Assembly: GCA_963663965.2 (NCBI GenBank)
Contig: CAXXFK010000028.1
Coordinates: 512,001-576,000, forward strand
DNA from: Sedimentisphaerales bacterium
Lineage (GTDB): Bacteria; Planctomycetota; Phycisphaerae; Sedimentisphaerales; SM23-30
DNA: 64,000 nt
Reading direction: 5' to 3'
The notes below the pieces were generated by a model that saw only the letters and a program-made list of their open reading frames with translations, made no database searches and was not told the origin of the DNA. How positions within the stretch are numbered: the first letter of the stretch is position 1; each line of letters opens with the position of its first letter. The position numbers and the translations under genes were made by a program. Positions 30,934-41,280 of this stretch are shown one piece after another.

Positions 30934-31691
30934 TAAATATATTGTTCCAAATTTAAGTAAGGCCATGCAGATTTTGAAGCTGCTATCAGCGGCAGATGGC
31001 GGATTGAGCGCCCTTGAGCTGGAAGAACAGCTGGGAATGCCCCGGACGACGGTTTTTCGGATATTGAAAACCCTGATGTATGAGGGGATGGTGGAAAAGC
31101 GCAAGACCCAGTTTTATGCCGGGGCGGGTTTGTTCGAGATAGGATTGCATGCTTTGAGGGGGGCCCAATTGCGGGAAGCGGCGGTTCCGGTCTTGCAGGA
31201 ATTGACGGGGGCTACCAGTCAGAACCTCGCATCTGGCAATACCCAGTGGCTGGCATTCGTTGATATTGGAAGTATGTGACAGCCCGGCTCCTTTGCGTGT
31301 TGCATCACGTCCGGGAACGATGGCGGATTTGCACTGCTCGGCGACGGGCAAAATCTTCCTGACCTATTTATATCCCCAGCGCCTGGTGGAATTTATCGAG
31401 GTATTTAAACCGGAAATCAGGACGCCAAGGACACTGACCACATTGGAACAACTGCAACAGATGATTGAAGAGGTCCAGGAAAAGGGATTCGCGTGGGATG
31501 ATGAAGAATATCATCCGGGCATACGCTGTATGGCGGCTCCGGTATTCAATATGGAGCGGGAACTGGTGGCCGCAATCGGGATTACCGGTCCGGCGGAAAT
31601 AATGGGACGCCCGGAAGGTTTTACAAAAGCGAGAGAGGCAGTATGTAAAGCGGCCGCGCGGTTATCGTCGGCCCTGGGATATAAACAATGA
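30914..31691 (+). pseudogene. IclR/KdgR-family transcriptional regulator split by a +1 frameshift near 31223
   Basis: HTH 'LGMPRTTVFRILKTL'; effector domain 'LHCSATGK', 'GFAWDDEEYHPGIRCMAAPV', 'AAIGITGP'; removing one A gives 'ELTGATSQTSHLAIP'. Confidence 0.85.
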
Positions 31692-31771
31692 GAACGGGAG
31701 AATAGGAAGTTTGTATTTGTCTAAATCCAAAGCAGGATTTAATAAGTATTCTATAATAAAGGGAGTTTGTA

Positions 31772-33946
31772 ATGAAAAACATGATATTGATTGTACTGAT
31801 GCTGGTTTTAGTAACGACGGGTTGCATGGGGGCGCGGCCCATGCCGGAAGCGATGCAACCGGATCAGATCAAGACAGTGATGGGCAAGGTGGCTGACTGG
31901 CAGATTGCGAATCCCAGCAAACATCATCCGGCAGACTGGACCCATGGCGCGCTTTACGCGGGGATGACGGCCTGGGCGCAGATGGCCGATACCGATGACT
32001 ATTATCAGGCGTTGCTGAAGTATGCCGAGACGTGTAACTGGCAGCCGCACAAGCGGATTTATCATGCCGATGACCATTGTGTGGGACAGATGTATATCGA
32101 GATGTATAAAAAATATCGCGACCCCAAAATGATCGCCGGGATTCAGGAGCGGTTCGATTATATCCTGGCCAACCAACCGTCGCTGGAATTGAAGTTCGGT
32201 ATTAAAGGCGGACAGGATCGCTGGAACTGGTGTGACGCGCTGTTTATGGCACCTCCGGTCTGGGCCAAGCTGGCACGGGTCACCGGTGAGCAGAAGTATC
32301 TGGACTATATGCTGAAGGAATGGCAGGCGACGACCGATTATCTGTTCGATAAGGATGAGCATTTATATTACCGTGACAGCCGTTACTTTGAACAGCGTGA
32401 GGCCAATGGCAAAAAGGTATTCTGGTCGCGCGGTAATGGCTGGTCTTATGGCGGATTGGTGCGAGTTCTGGAAGAACTGCCTGAAGATCATCCTGCCCGT
32501 CCGGGTCTGATTGAGCAGTATCGTTTGATGTCGGCCAAGCTGATGGCGATTCTGCCGGAAGATGGCATGTGGCATTCGAGTCTGCTGGATCCGGTCAGTT
32601 TCCCGACGAAAGAAGCCAGCGGCAGCGGATTCCATTGTTATGGTCTGGCCTGGGGTATCAATCAGGGGTATCTGGACGAAAAGACTTATTTGCCGACAGT
32701 GATGAAGGCCTGGACGACTCTGGTCAGTTGCGTTCATGAGGATGGCATGCTGGGCTATGTTCAGCCGATCGGGGCTGATCCGCGCCAGGTTAAACCGGAA
32801 CAGACTGAGGTTTATGGCGTAGGTTCGTTCTTACTGGCCGGTAGTGAAGTTTATAAGATTGCGGTTCGTCAGGGAATGCGGGCGAAAAAGGTGGTAGTGA
32901 GCAATCCACTGCTTGCGTTTCGTGATAGTGAAACGATCGAGTTGCCCTGGAGTGATGCGGTTAAGGCTGTACCGGGTTTGAATAAGAATAATGTGGCCGT
33001 TTTTGAATTCAAGACCAATCGTCTGTTGACGACCCAGGTAGTCGAAGATGGTAAGAATTCTAAATTGCTCTGGCAGATTAATCTGGCTCCGGGCGAGAAG
33101 AAATATTACTGGATCATGAAGCAACCGGAAAATCTGGCCCGGCCGGAATCGACCTTGACGACTTTTGGCCGCTATGTCCCGGAACGCATGGATGATTTTG
33201 CCTGGGAAAACGATAAGATTGCGTTTCGGATGTACGGCAAGGCGCTGGAAGTGGAGACGGTGAGCAGCGGGATCGATGTCTGGTGCAAGCGTGTGGATTA
33301 TCCGGTAGTGAACAAATTCTATGAAACCGGCGATTACCATGAAGATCACGGCGAAGGTGGTGATTTTTATAAAGTGGGGAATACCCTGGGTTGCGGCGGA
33401 GCGGGAGTTTATGGCAAAGATGGCCAGGTGCATATGTCCAGAAACTTCCGTAAATCGAAGGTTGTTGCCAATGGTCCAATCCGGACAATTTTCGAATTGT
33501 CGTACGATCCATGGACCGTCGATGGCGTCGAACTCAGCGAGGTCAAGCGGGTCAGTATCGATCTGGGCTCAAATCTGAACCGGATCGAATCGCATTACCA
33601 GACGATAGCCGATCATTTGACCCTGGCGGCCGGAATCGTCACGGATAAGAAAACCGGTGAGTCGATTCTGACGCCCCAGGATGGCTGGATTGCCTATTGG
33701 GAAGATCTGGGTAAGATTGGCAGAGTGGGTTGTGGTGTGGTGTTCCCGCAGGGACCGGAGCTGACCGGAATCAATGCAGCCGGTCATCTGCTGCTGACCA
33801 GTACGCATCCGATGGATACTCCGCTGAGCTATTACGCAGGGGCCTGCTGGAATAAAGTTAAAGAATTTGACAACCTGACGAAATGGCTGGATTATCTCAA
33901 AGCCTTCAAGCAAAAGATTGACCATCCTGTTCAGGTCGAAATGTAA
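31772..33946 (+). CDS. GH105 unsaturated rhamnogalacturonyl hydrolase fused to a DUF4861-like domain; lipoprotein
   Basis: Lipobox-like 'TTGC'; 'HADD', 'WCDALFMAPP', 'FWSRGNGW'; C-terminal 'PERMDDFAWEND..RMYG', 'GIDVW', 'GPIR'. Confidence 0.85.
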   Translation: MKNMILIVLMLVLVTTGCMGARPMPEAMQPDQIKTVMGKVADWQIANPSKHHPADWTHGALYAGMTAWAQMADTDDYYQALLKYAETCNWQPHKRIYHADDHCVGQMYIEMYKKYRDPKMIAGIQERFDYILANQPSLELKFGIKGGQDRWNWCDALFMAPPVWAKLARVTGEQKYLDYMLKEWQATTDYLFDKDEHLYYRDSRYFEQREANGKKVFWSRGNGWSYGGLVRVLEELPEDHPARPGLIEQYRLMSAKLMAILPEDGMWHSSLLDPVSFPTKEASGSGFHCYGLAWGINQGYLDEKTYLPTVMKAWTTLVSCVHEDGMLGYVQPIGADPRQVKPEQTEVYGVGSFLLAGSEVYKIAVRQGMRAKKVVVSNPLLAFRDSETIELPWSDAVKAVPGLNKNNVAVFEFKTNRLLTTQVVEDGKNSKLLWQINLAPGEKKYYWIMKQPENLARPESTLTTFGRYVPERMDDFAWENDKIAFRMYGKALEVETVSSGIDVWCKRVDYPVVNKFYETGDYHEDHGEGGDFYKVGNTLGCGGAGVYGKDGQVHMSRNFRKSKVVANGPIRTIFELSYDPWTVDGVELSEVKRVSIDLGSNLNRIESHYQTIADHLTLAAGIVTDKKTGESILTPQDGWIAYWEDLGKIGRVGCGVVFPQGPELTGINAAGHLLLTSTHPMDTPLSYYAGACWNKVKEFDNLTKWLDYLKAFKQKIDHPVQVEM

Positions 33947-33985
33947 AATGTAAATCAAGATATTATTTCTAAAAATCAGGAGATA

Positions 33986-34819
33986 GTGATGCAAGTACGT
34001 TATACCCCCGATCCAGTGCGGTTTTGTCGCATGACCACACAGGAAATCCGGGATGAATTTTTGATCGAGACCCTGTTTGTTCCGGGCCAGATCGAGATGC
34101 TCTATTGCGATATTGACCGGACCATTGTCGGTTCGGCCGTTCCGACCGGCAGCGAACTGGCGCTGACCAGCGCGGATGAGTTGCGGGCGGATTATTTCTG
34201 TCAGCGGCGCGAACTGGGGATCTTGAATATTGGCGCGGCCGGGCAGGTGACTGTGGATGGTCAGGTTTATGAGATGGCTAACCTGGATTGCCTGTATGTT
34301 GGCCGAGGAGCGAAAAGGATCGTCTTTGCCAGCAACGATAAGGGGCAGCCGGCCAGATTTTATCTGTTGAGTTATCCGGCGCATAAGGAATTTCCCACGA
34401 CCCACGTGGCCCGGGCGGATTCCACCCCGGTGCAGCTGGGTTCGATTGAAGATTCCAATAAGCGGACCATTTACAAATGTATCCATCCGGATGGCGCCAA
34501 GAGCTGTCAACTGGTGATGGGTTTTACCCAGCTGGAATCGGGCTGTGTCTGGAATACCATGCCGCCCCATACCCATGAACGGCGGATGGAGGTCTATTTG
34601 TATTTCAATGTGGCGGAAGATGCCCGGGTGTTTCATCTGATGGGCAAACCGGATGAAACGCGTCATATTGTGGTGGCGGATGGCCAGGCGGTTATTTCGC
34701 CCAGCTGGTCCATTCACAGCGGTACCGGAACCCGCGCTTATACTTTCTGCTGGGGTATGGGCGGCGAGAACCAGGCCTTTGATGATATGGATCATCTTCA
34801 TATTGGACAATTGAAATAA
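33986..34819 (+). CDS. kduI: 5-dehydro-4-deoxy-D-glucuronate isomerase
   Basis: 'RRELGILNIG', 'WNTMPPHTHERRMEVY', 'SPSWSIHSG', 'MGGENQ'. Confidence 0.95.
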   Translation: MMQVRYTPDPVRFCRMTTQEIRDEFLIETLFVPGQIEMLYCDIDRTIVGSAVPTGSELALTSADELRADYFCQRRELGILNIGAAGQVTVDGQVYEMANLDCLYVGRGAKRIVFASNDKGQPARFYLLSYPAHKEFPTTHVARADSTPVQLGSIEDSNKRTIYKCIHPDGAKSCQLVMGFTQLESGCVWNTMPPHTHERRMEVYLYFNVAEDARVFHLMGKPDETRHIVVADGQAVISPSWSIHSGTGTRAYTFCWGMGGENQAFDDMDHLHIGQLK

Positions 34820-34895
34820 AGATGAATTTTGAATCAGAGGTGATAATAAGCGATTTGCTGAAACTGATGATTCAAATGTATGTGAGGAATATTTT

Positions 34896-35657
34896 ATGAT
34901 TCTGGATAAATTTAAACTGGATGGCAAGATGGCCATTGTCACGGGCGCTTCCCGTGGATTGGGGCAGGGTATTGCCCTGGGACTGGCTGAGGCCGGTGCG
35001 GATATCGCGCTGGTGGATGTACTGGATATGGCGGATAGTCAGGCCCAGGTTGAAAAGCTGGGGCGGCGTTGCATTGCCATTCAAGCGGATTTGAGCAAAA
35101 AAGAGTCGGTTGATCCCATCGTTACCCAGACGGTTGAGCAACTGGGTGGAATCGATATCCTGTTCAATAACGCCGGAATTATCCGTCGGGCGCCGCTGGT
35201 GGATTTTACGGAAAAGGACTGGGACGATGTGATGAATATCAATATCCGCACCCTGTTCTTTTTGAGTCAGGCGGTCGCGCGGGTGATGATCCAGCAGGGG
35301 CGCGGGGGCAAGATTGTCAATACGGCCTCCATGCTGAGCTTTCAGGGTGGAATCCTGGTCCCTTCTTATACGGCTTCCAAAAGCGCAGTGATGGGATTGA
35401 CCCGGCTGCTGGCAAATGAACTGGCTCCGCATCAGATTAATGTCAATGCCATTGCACCGGGATATATGGCTACGGACAATACCCAGGCGCTACGGGATGA
35501 TCCGGCGCGTAATAAAGCCATTCTGGACCGGATTCCGGCCGGGCGCTGGGGGACTCCGCAGGATTTACAGGGTGCGGCGGTCTTTCTGGCATCCGAGGCG
35601 GCTTCCTACTTACAGGGTTATACTATTGCGGTGGATGGCGGCTGGCTGGCCCGTTAG
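34896..35657 (+). CDS. kduD: 2-dehydro-3-deoxy-D-gluconate 5-dehydrogenase
   Basis: SDR 'TGASRGLG', 'NNAGIIRR', 'SMLSFQGGI.VPSYTASKS', 'VDGGWLAR'. Confidence 0.95.
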   Translation: MILDKFKLDGKMAIVTGASRGLGQGIALGLAEAGADIALVDVLDMADSQAQVEKLGRRCIAIQADLSKKESVDPIVTQTVEQLGGIDILFNNAGIIRRAPLVDFTEKDWDDVMNINIRTLFFLSQAVARVMIQQGRGGKIVNTASMLSFQGGILVPSYTASKSAVMGLTRLLANELAPHQINVNAIAPGYMATDNTQALRDDPARNKAILDRIPAGRWGTPQDLQGAAVFLASEAASYLQGYTIAVDGGWLAR

Positions 35658-35672
35658 TTGAGGAGATGGATC

Positions 35673-36773
35673 ATGTCTGGTATATCATTGAGACCGGAAT
35701 CAGATTGTAAGTATGATATTCTCTCACTGGGTGAAATCATGTTGCGGCTGGATCCGGGCGAGGAGCGTATCCATACCACCCGTACTTTTCGCGTATGGGA
35801 AGGCGGGGGTGAATATAATGTCGCGCGGGGTTTGAAGCGCTGCTTTGGTAAACGGGCCGCGGTGGTTACGGCGATTGTCGATAATCCGGTGGGCCGGCTG
35901 CTGGAAGACCTGCTCTATCAGGGCGGGGTCTCGCCGGAGTATATTCGCTGGATGCCGTTTGATGGTATCGGCCGCAAGACGCGGGTAGGCCTAAATTTTA
36001 CCGAGCGGGGTTATGGTGTGCGGGCGGCGGTTGGTTGCTCAGACCGGGCTAACAGCGCCGCTTCTCAGCTGAAGAAAGGGGATATCGACTGGGACCGGAT
36101 TTTTGGTCAGGATGGCGTTCGGTGGCTGCATACCGGTGGCATTTACGCCGGTTTGTCGCAGACGACACCGGATGTGATTATCGAGGCCATGACGGCGGCG
36201 CGCAAATATGGCACGATTATCTCTTATGATCTGAATTACCGGGCATCGTTATGGAAGGATATTGGCGGTAAGGAAAAGGCGATGGCCGTCAATCGAGAAA
36301 TTGCGGCCCTGGTGGATGTGATGATCGGCAATGAAGAGGATTTTTCCGCGTCGCTGGGTTTTGCCGTGCCCGGTCTGGATGAAGGCTGCTCTAAACTCGA
36401 TCCCGCCAACTTTAAGAAGATGATTCTGGAGGTGGTCAAGACCTTTCCTAATTTCAAGGCGGTGGCGACTACCTTGCGTCACGCTAAAACGGCAAGTGTG
36501 AATGACTGGGGCGCGGTGCTTTATATGGCTGGTGAGTTTTACGATGCCGATTTAAGAGAAGATCTGGAGATTCTGGATCGGGTTGGGGGAGGTGATAGCT
36601 TTGCTTCGGGCCTGATTTATGGCCTGATGGAGGGTAAGAGTCCTGTTGAATCGGTTAATTATGGGGCTGCCCATGGCGCTCTGGCGATGACCACGCCAGG
36701 CGATACCACTACTGCCAGTCTGGCCGAGGTGCAACGGGTTATGAAGGGCGCAACGGCGCGTATCAGCCGCTAA
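35673..36773 (+). CDS. kdgK: 2-keto-3-deoxygluconate kinase (PfkB family)
   Basis: 'GEIMLRL', 'SYDLNYR', 'DRVGGGDSFASG'; AGGAG before ATG 35673; directly follows kduID. Confidence 0.85.
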   Translation: MSGISLRPESDCKYDILSLGEIMLRLDPGEERIHTTRTFRVWEGGGEYNVARGLKRCFGKRAAVVTAIVDNPVGRLLEDLLYQGGVSPEYIRWMPFDGIGRKTRVGLNFTERGYGVRAAVGCSDRANSAASQLKKGDIDWDRIFGQDGVRWLHTGGIYAGLSQTTPDVIIEAMTAARKYGTIISYDLNYRASLWKDIGGKEKAMAVNREIAALVDVMIGNEEDFSASLGFAVPGLDEGCSKLDPANFKKMILEVVKTFPNFKAVATTLRHAKTASVNDWGAVLYMAGEFYDADLREDLEILDRVGGGDSFASGLIYGLMEGKSPVESVNYGAAHGALAMTTPGDTTTASLAEVQRVMKGATARISR

Positions 36774-36887
36774 GGTGGCCGGTCCAGCGCGATAAGAAGC
36801 CGGTTGCATTCCAGTTATGCATTTGATAAGATGTCTGACCTGGTTATCAGATGAGTACCAGGCAGACTTTTTTTATGGAGAACACCA

Positions 36888-37796
36888 ATGAAAACGTTAA
36901 GTGTATGTATTTGGGTTGCGTTGATGGGATTGTTAGTAGGTTGTAACCGGGTATGTTGTGAAGATATCAAAGATATTGTTGTGGAAGGGGCCCAGCTGAA
37001 GCTGATATCCGATGAATTTAAATTTACGGAAGGGCCGATTGCCGACAAGCAGGGCAATGTTTATTTTACCGATCAACCGAACGATCGTATTATGCTATAT
37101 ACGGTTAAGGGAGAAATGAAAACCTTTATGCAGCCATCCGGCCGGTCGAATGGTTTATATTTCGACCGTCAATGGAATCTGATCGCCTGCGCGGATGAAA
37201 AAACGGAGTTGTGGCGGATCGATATCAAGACGAAGAAGCATGAGGTGCTGGCGAAAGAATACAATGGGAAATCGCTGAACTCCACCAATGATGTCTGGGT
37301 GCGGCCTGATGGTGGGATGTATATTACCGATCCGTTTTACAAGCGGCCCTGGTGGGATTACGATCAAAAGCCGCAAGATAAAGAATGTGTCTATTTCCTG
37401 TCTAAAAAAGGTGAACTGAAGCGTGTGGTCGATGACCTGGCGCAGCCCAACGGAATTATTGGCACACCGGATGGCAAAAAGGTTTATATCGCCGATATCA
37501 AAGGCAATAAAACCTGGTCCTGGCGAATAATGCCCGATGGAACGCTGGTTGATAAAAATCTGTTCTGTGAAATGGGCTCCGATGGTATGACCCTGGATTG
37601 CTGTGGCAATGTTTATCTAACCGGCAGTAAAGGGGTAACTGTATTTGGCCCGGATGGCAAGAAGCTTACCCTGATAGAAGTCCCCAAGAGTTGGACGGCG
37701 AATGTGACTTTTGGCGGCCCGGAAATGAAGACGCTCTTTATTACCGCACAGACCGCGCTTTATACGATTGAGATGAATGTCTGTGGCGCCAGATAG
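36888..37796 (+). CDS. SMP-30/gluconolactonase-family lipoprotein
   Basis: 'LVGC' lipobox, 'FTEGP', 'SNG', 'YITDP', 'PNGI', 'SDGMTLD', 'NVTFGG'. Confidence 0.88.
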   Translation: MKTLSVCIWVALMGLLVGCNRVCCEDIKDIVVEGAQLKLISDEFKFTEGPIADKQGNVYFTDQPNDRIMLYTVKGEMKTFMQPSGRSNGLYFDRQWNLIACADEKTELWRIDIKTKKHEVLAKEYNGKSLNSTNDVWVRPDGGMYITDPFYKRPWWDYDQKPQDKECVYFLSKKGELKRVVDDLAQPNGIIGTPDGKKVYIADIKGNKTWSWRIMPDGTLVDKNLFCEMGSDGMTLDCCGNVYLTGSKGVTVFGPDGKKLTLIEVPKSWTANVTFGGPEMKTLFITAQTALYTIEMNVCGAR

Positions 37797-37841
37797 TTTT
37801 TTTCTGATAGCTTGTATATTGGCAGCCAGGCTACGGTCTGG

Positions 37842-39296
37842 CTATTTTTTTAATGGGGTCTGTTTGAGATTGTCCGGTGTTTGACGGGCTATTTGAATCT
37901 GCTGATGGAGGAGTGTTTTTAATTCTGTGATGGTGGATTTCTGGTCGGGGTCATCGATCAGGTTTTTCATCTCTGCCAGATCGGTAATGGTGTCGTAAAG
38001 TTCCGCGCCGTCCATGGCATTGGGGCCCCATTCGGTATAGCGATGGTGATCAGTACGGATGGTAAAATTGTTGCCCATCTGGGTGAGAGCTGCTTTTCGA
38101 GGTTTGATAGCGGGATTTTTGAGTGTGGGGACCAGGCTGTGGCCTGAGAGATAGGCGGGCGCGGGTAAGTTGCATAATTCCGCCAGGGTTGGATAGAAAT
38201 CGATCATCTGGGCCAGGGCCGGGGTTGACTGGCCGGCGGTTTTCATGCCAGGTACTGATATAATCAGAGGGACGTGGGTGGCATTGTCGTAGAGGCTCAT
38301 TTTCTGGTAGTGGCCGTGTTCACCCAGGTGATAGCCATGGTCTGAGGTAAAGAGGATGATGGTATTTTTATCCAGGCCGGTCTGACGCAGGGTATCGAGT
38401 ATGCGGCCCAGTTGTGCGTCGGCGAAGGTGGTGGAGGCGTAGTATGCCCGGATGGCCTGTCGGGCCAGATGGTCGGCCAGGTTAATTTCTTCTTTGTGAC
38501 GGGTTAGCGCGTTTCGGGCGGGCGCTGGGACCGTGTCGTAATAATTCTGGGGGATAGTTGGGACTTTTATCTGGTCGAGTGGGTATAAGTCGAAATATTT
38601 CTTGGGCGCGACATAAGGGGTATGGGGACGGTACAAGCCAACAGCCAGATAAAAAGGGGTTTTATCTTGCGCGAATTGCTCCAGTTGCTTGATGGCTTCG
38701 TTGGCGCCAATACCGTCGGTTTGTTCGATATCTTCGCCTTCAGCGGCCAGCCAGCTCAATGTGGCGCCGAACTGACCGGGCTTGAGGCTGAATATCGATT
38801 CTTCATCATCCTTATCGCGGCCGATGGGATTGAAGGTCTGGGTCCATGAGGCCGGGTCGTCGTGGCCGGGAGTCCCGATCGCTTTGGGCACATTGTAATG
38901 ATAGATTTTTCCGATCCGGGAACTGGTATAGCCGTGGTTGCGGAATAGCTGGGACAGGGTAGTCACATCCGGCAGGGTTTGACGGATATAAATGCTGTTG
39001 GCAGTGATCAGGGTCTGGGTGGGGTATAACCCGGTCATGAAGGAGGCGCGGCTGGGGCCGCAGAGGGGATACTGACAGTAGGCCCGTTCAAACCGCATAC
39101 CGGCTTTTGCCAGTCGGTCGATATTGGGTGATTGGACTAGCGGATGGCCGTAGCAGCCCAGGTCGCAATTGAGGTCATCACAGATGAGGAATAGGACATT
39201 GTATTTGGGCGTTTTTGCGGGCTGGGCATTAACCGTTGACAAAGTTGTGATAAAACCGATAATTAAGAAAAGGCCGATTTTGCTGATTCTGGTCAT
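37842..39296 (-). CDS. Formylglycine-dependent sulfatase (iduronate/choline sulfatase-like)
   Basis: 'NVLFLICDD', 'CGPSRASFMTG', 'GKIYH', 'RPHTP', 'SDHGYHLGEH'; start reassigned to 39296. Confidence 0.92.
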   Translation of the reverse strand: MTRISKIGLFLIIGFITTLSTVNAQPAKTPKYNVLFLICDDLNCDLGCYGHPLVQSPNIDRLAKAGMRFERAYCQYPLCGPSRASFMTGLYPTQTLITANSIYIRQTLPDVTTLSQLFRNHGYTSSRIGKIYHYNVPKAIGTPGHDDPASWTQTFNPIGRDKDDEESIFSLKPGQFGATLSWLAAEGEDIEQTDGIGANEAIKQLEQFAQDKTPFYLAVGLYRPHTPYVAPKKYFDLYPLDQIKVPTIPQNYYDTVPAPARNALTRHKEEINLADHLARQAIRAYYASTTFADAQLGRILDTLRQTGLDKNTIILFTSDHGYHLGEHGHYQKMSLYDNATHVPLIISVPGMKTAGQSTPALAQMIDFYPTLAELCNLPAPAYLSGHSLVPTLKNPAIKPRKAALTQMGNNFTIRTDHHRYTEWGPNAMDGAELYDTITDLAEMKNLIDDPDQKSTITELKTLLHQQIQIARQTPDNLKQTPLKK

Positions 39297-39435
39297 TTGA
39301 TCGCTCCTGAGAAGTTTAAATAAAACTGCGAGCACTTGGTACATACGATTAATCTGATAATTTATTGCATAATAGATATTACGGTGAGAAGAAAACGTAC
39401 TCAAAAATCCAAACTTGAAGGATTCGACAAACCAG

Positions 39436-40890
39436 ATGAAAGAAACACGCTATTTATTGAGGGTATTGTGCCTGATCACTGCGATGGTTGGACTTGCCAG
39501 CGGGGCTGATTCAAGCTTGCGACCTAATTTTGTGTTGATCATTGCTGATGATGTCAGTGTCAATGATATCGGATGTTATGGCCATCCAACCATTCGGACG
39601 CCTCATATCGATCAGCTGGCCCGTGAAGGTGCCCGGTTCGAGCGGGCATTTCTGACGGCCAGTTCGTGCAGCCCGAGCCGTTGCAGTATTATTACCGGGC
39701 GCTATCCGCATAATACCGGCGCACCGGAACTGCATATGCCATTGCCGGAGAACCAGATTCCATTTCCCGCCGTGCTAAAGCAGCAGGGTTATTATACCGC
39801 TCAGGCAGGCAAGTGGCATCTGGGAGAAAATGAGAATGTGACCGGCGCGTTTGACCGGCGCGAAGGCGGCGGGCCTGGCGGTGAGGAAAACTGGCTGGAG
39901 GTGTTACGGCAGCGGGATAAAACCAAGCCCTTTTTTCTATGGCTGGCATCATTTGACGCCCACCGGGGCTGGGATGATAAAAATACCATGAAGTCCTATT
40001 CGCTGGAGGAGATTCAGGTGCCGATCTACCTGGTTGATGACCGGCAGACACGCGCGGACCTGGCGGCTTATTATCGAGAAATTACCCGGTTCGATTATGC
40101 TATTGGTGAGGTTGTTAACGAACTGAAACAGCAGGGGGTATATGAAAATACGGTTATACTGGTAATGGCTGATAATGGCCGGCCTTTCCCGCGGTGTAAG
40201 ACCCGGGTTTATGACAGCGGGATGCAAACGCCGCTGGTGATCAGTTGGCCGGATGGTCTGCAAGACAAAGGCAAACCGCGCGGCGGTCTGGTGAGCAGTA
40301 TCGATCTGGCGCCGACACTGTTGGAACTGGCAGGTATCGAGCCATCCGATAGCTTCCAGGGGGTTTCAATCGCGCCATTGCTGAAAGATGGTCAGGCACG
40401 GGTAAGGAAGTATGTCTTTTCCGAACATAACTGGCATGATTACGAGGCACATGAACGTCAGGTCCGAACGGAACGTTATATGTATATCCGTAATGCCCGG
40501 CCGCAATTGATGAACCAGGGGCCGGCGGATTCGGTGCGGTCGCCGTCGCATGTGGCGTTGCAGTTGGGGCGAGACACGGGCAACCTGACCCGCGCACAGG
40601 GAGATGTGTTTCTGGCTCCGCGGCCGGATGAAGAGCTGTTCGACTGTCAGAATGATCCGGAACAATTGGTTAATCTGGCTGCTGATCCTGCCATGGCTGC
40701 GATTCTGAACCGTTTGCGCCATACACTGGACCAATGGCAAAAGGAGACATGTGATACCATTCCATTGCAGATCACCCCGGATCAGTTTGATCGTGAGACA
40801 GGAAAAAATAATGGTAAGGAATGGCAGCGGGAAACGACTCCGGGTAGTGAGCGACAGGCTGCCGAATGTAATCAAAGTGGTCCAATCTGA
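39436..40890 (+). CDS. Formylglycine-dependent sulfatase (sulfamidase-like)
   Basis: 'PNFVLIIADD', 'CSPSRCSIITGRYPH', 'GKWH', 'ADNGRPFPRCK'. Confidence 0.92.
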   Translation: MKETRYLLRVLCLITAMVGLASGADSSLRPNFVLIIADDVSVNDIGCYGHPTIRTPHIDQLAREGARFERAFLTASSCSPSRCSIITGRYPHNTGAPELHMPLPENQIPFPAVLKQQGYYTAQAGKWHLGENENVTGAFDRREGGGPGGEENWLEVLRQRDKTKPFFLWLASFDAHRGWDDKNTMKSYSLEEIQVPIYLVDDRQTRADLAAYYREITRFDYAIGEVVNELKQQGVYENTVILVMADNGRPFPRCKTRVYDSGMQTPLVISWPDGLQDKGKPRGGLVSSIDLAPTLLELAGIEPSDSFQGVSIAPLLKDGQARVRKYVFSEHNWHDYEAHERQVRTERYMYIRNARPQLMNQGPADSVRSPSHVALQLGRDTGNLTRAQGDVFLAPRPDEELFDCQNDPEQLVNLAADPAMAAILNRLRHTLDQWQKETCDTIPLQITPDQFDRETGKNNGKEWQRETTPGSERQAAECNQSGPI

Positions 40891-40965
40891 TGGTGGCGTG
40901 AACTACAAAATTATTACGGAGTTTGTGAGTAAATTTATAGCTGAACCAATATTAAGGAGTCTCAA

Positions 40966-41199
40966 ATGGCAAAACGCGCGAAGAAGAAACAGCGTGACGT
41001 GGTCAAGAATTATCCCATGAAACAATTTGTTGCCAAGTTGCGTCGACTGGCTGACAGTATCGAAGAGGGCAAGCGGTTTCGCATTCAGGTGGCGGGCGAA
41101 CGGGTGAGTATTCCACCGGACGCAACGATTAATATTGAACATGAACGTGAAGGGGATGCCGAAGAAGTTGAATTCCAGATTGTCTGGAAAAACGGCTGA
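40966..41199 (+). CDS. Small amphi-Trp-domain-like protein
   Basis: 'FVAKLRRLADSIE..FRIQVAGERV..IEHERE..EVEFQIVW'; AAGGAG upstream. Confidence 0.75.
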   Translation: MAKRAKKKQRDVVKNYPMKQFVAKLRRLADSIEEGKRFRIQVAGERVSIPPDATINIEHEREGDAEEVEFQIVWKNG

Positions 41200-41220
41200 C
41201 TTTGATAACCGCTAAACCAT

Positions 41221-41256
41221 AAAAAAGCCCTGTCGTCTGGCAGGGCTTTTGTTTTT
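41221..41256 (+). terminator. Rho-independent terminator (possibly bidirectional)
   Basis: AAAAAAGCCCTG-TCGTCTGG-CAGGGCTTTTGTTTTT. Confidence 0.85.
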
Positions 41257-41280
41257 GAGGGAGTGGAGGAGTTATAAAGA

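Noticed and set aside
33569..34942. 457-aa minus strand ORF
   Set aside because: Antisense shadow of kduI and the GH105 gene.
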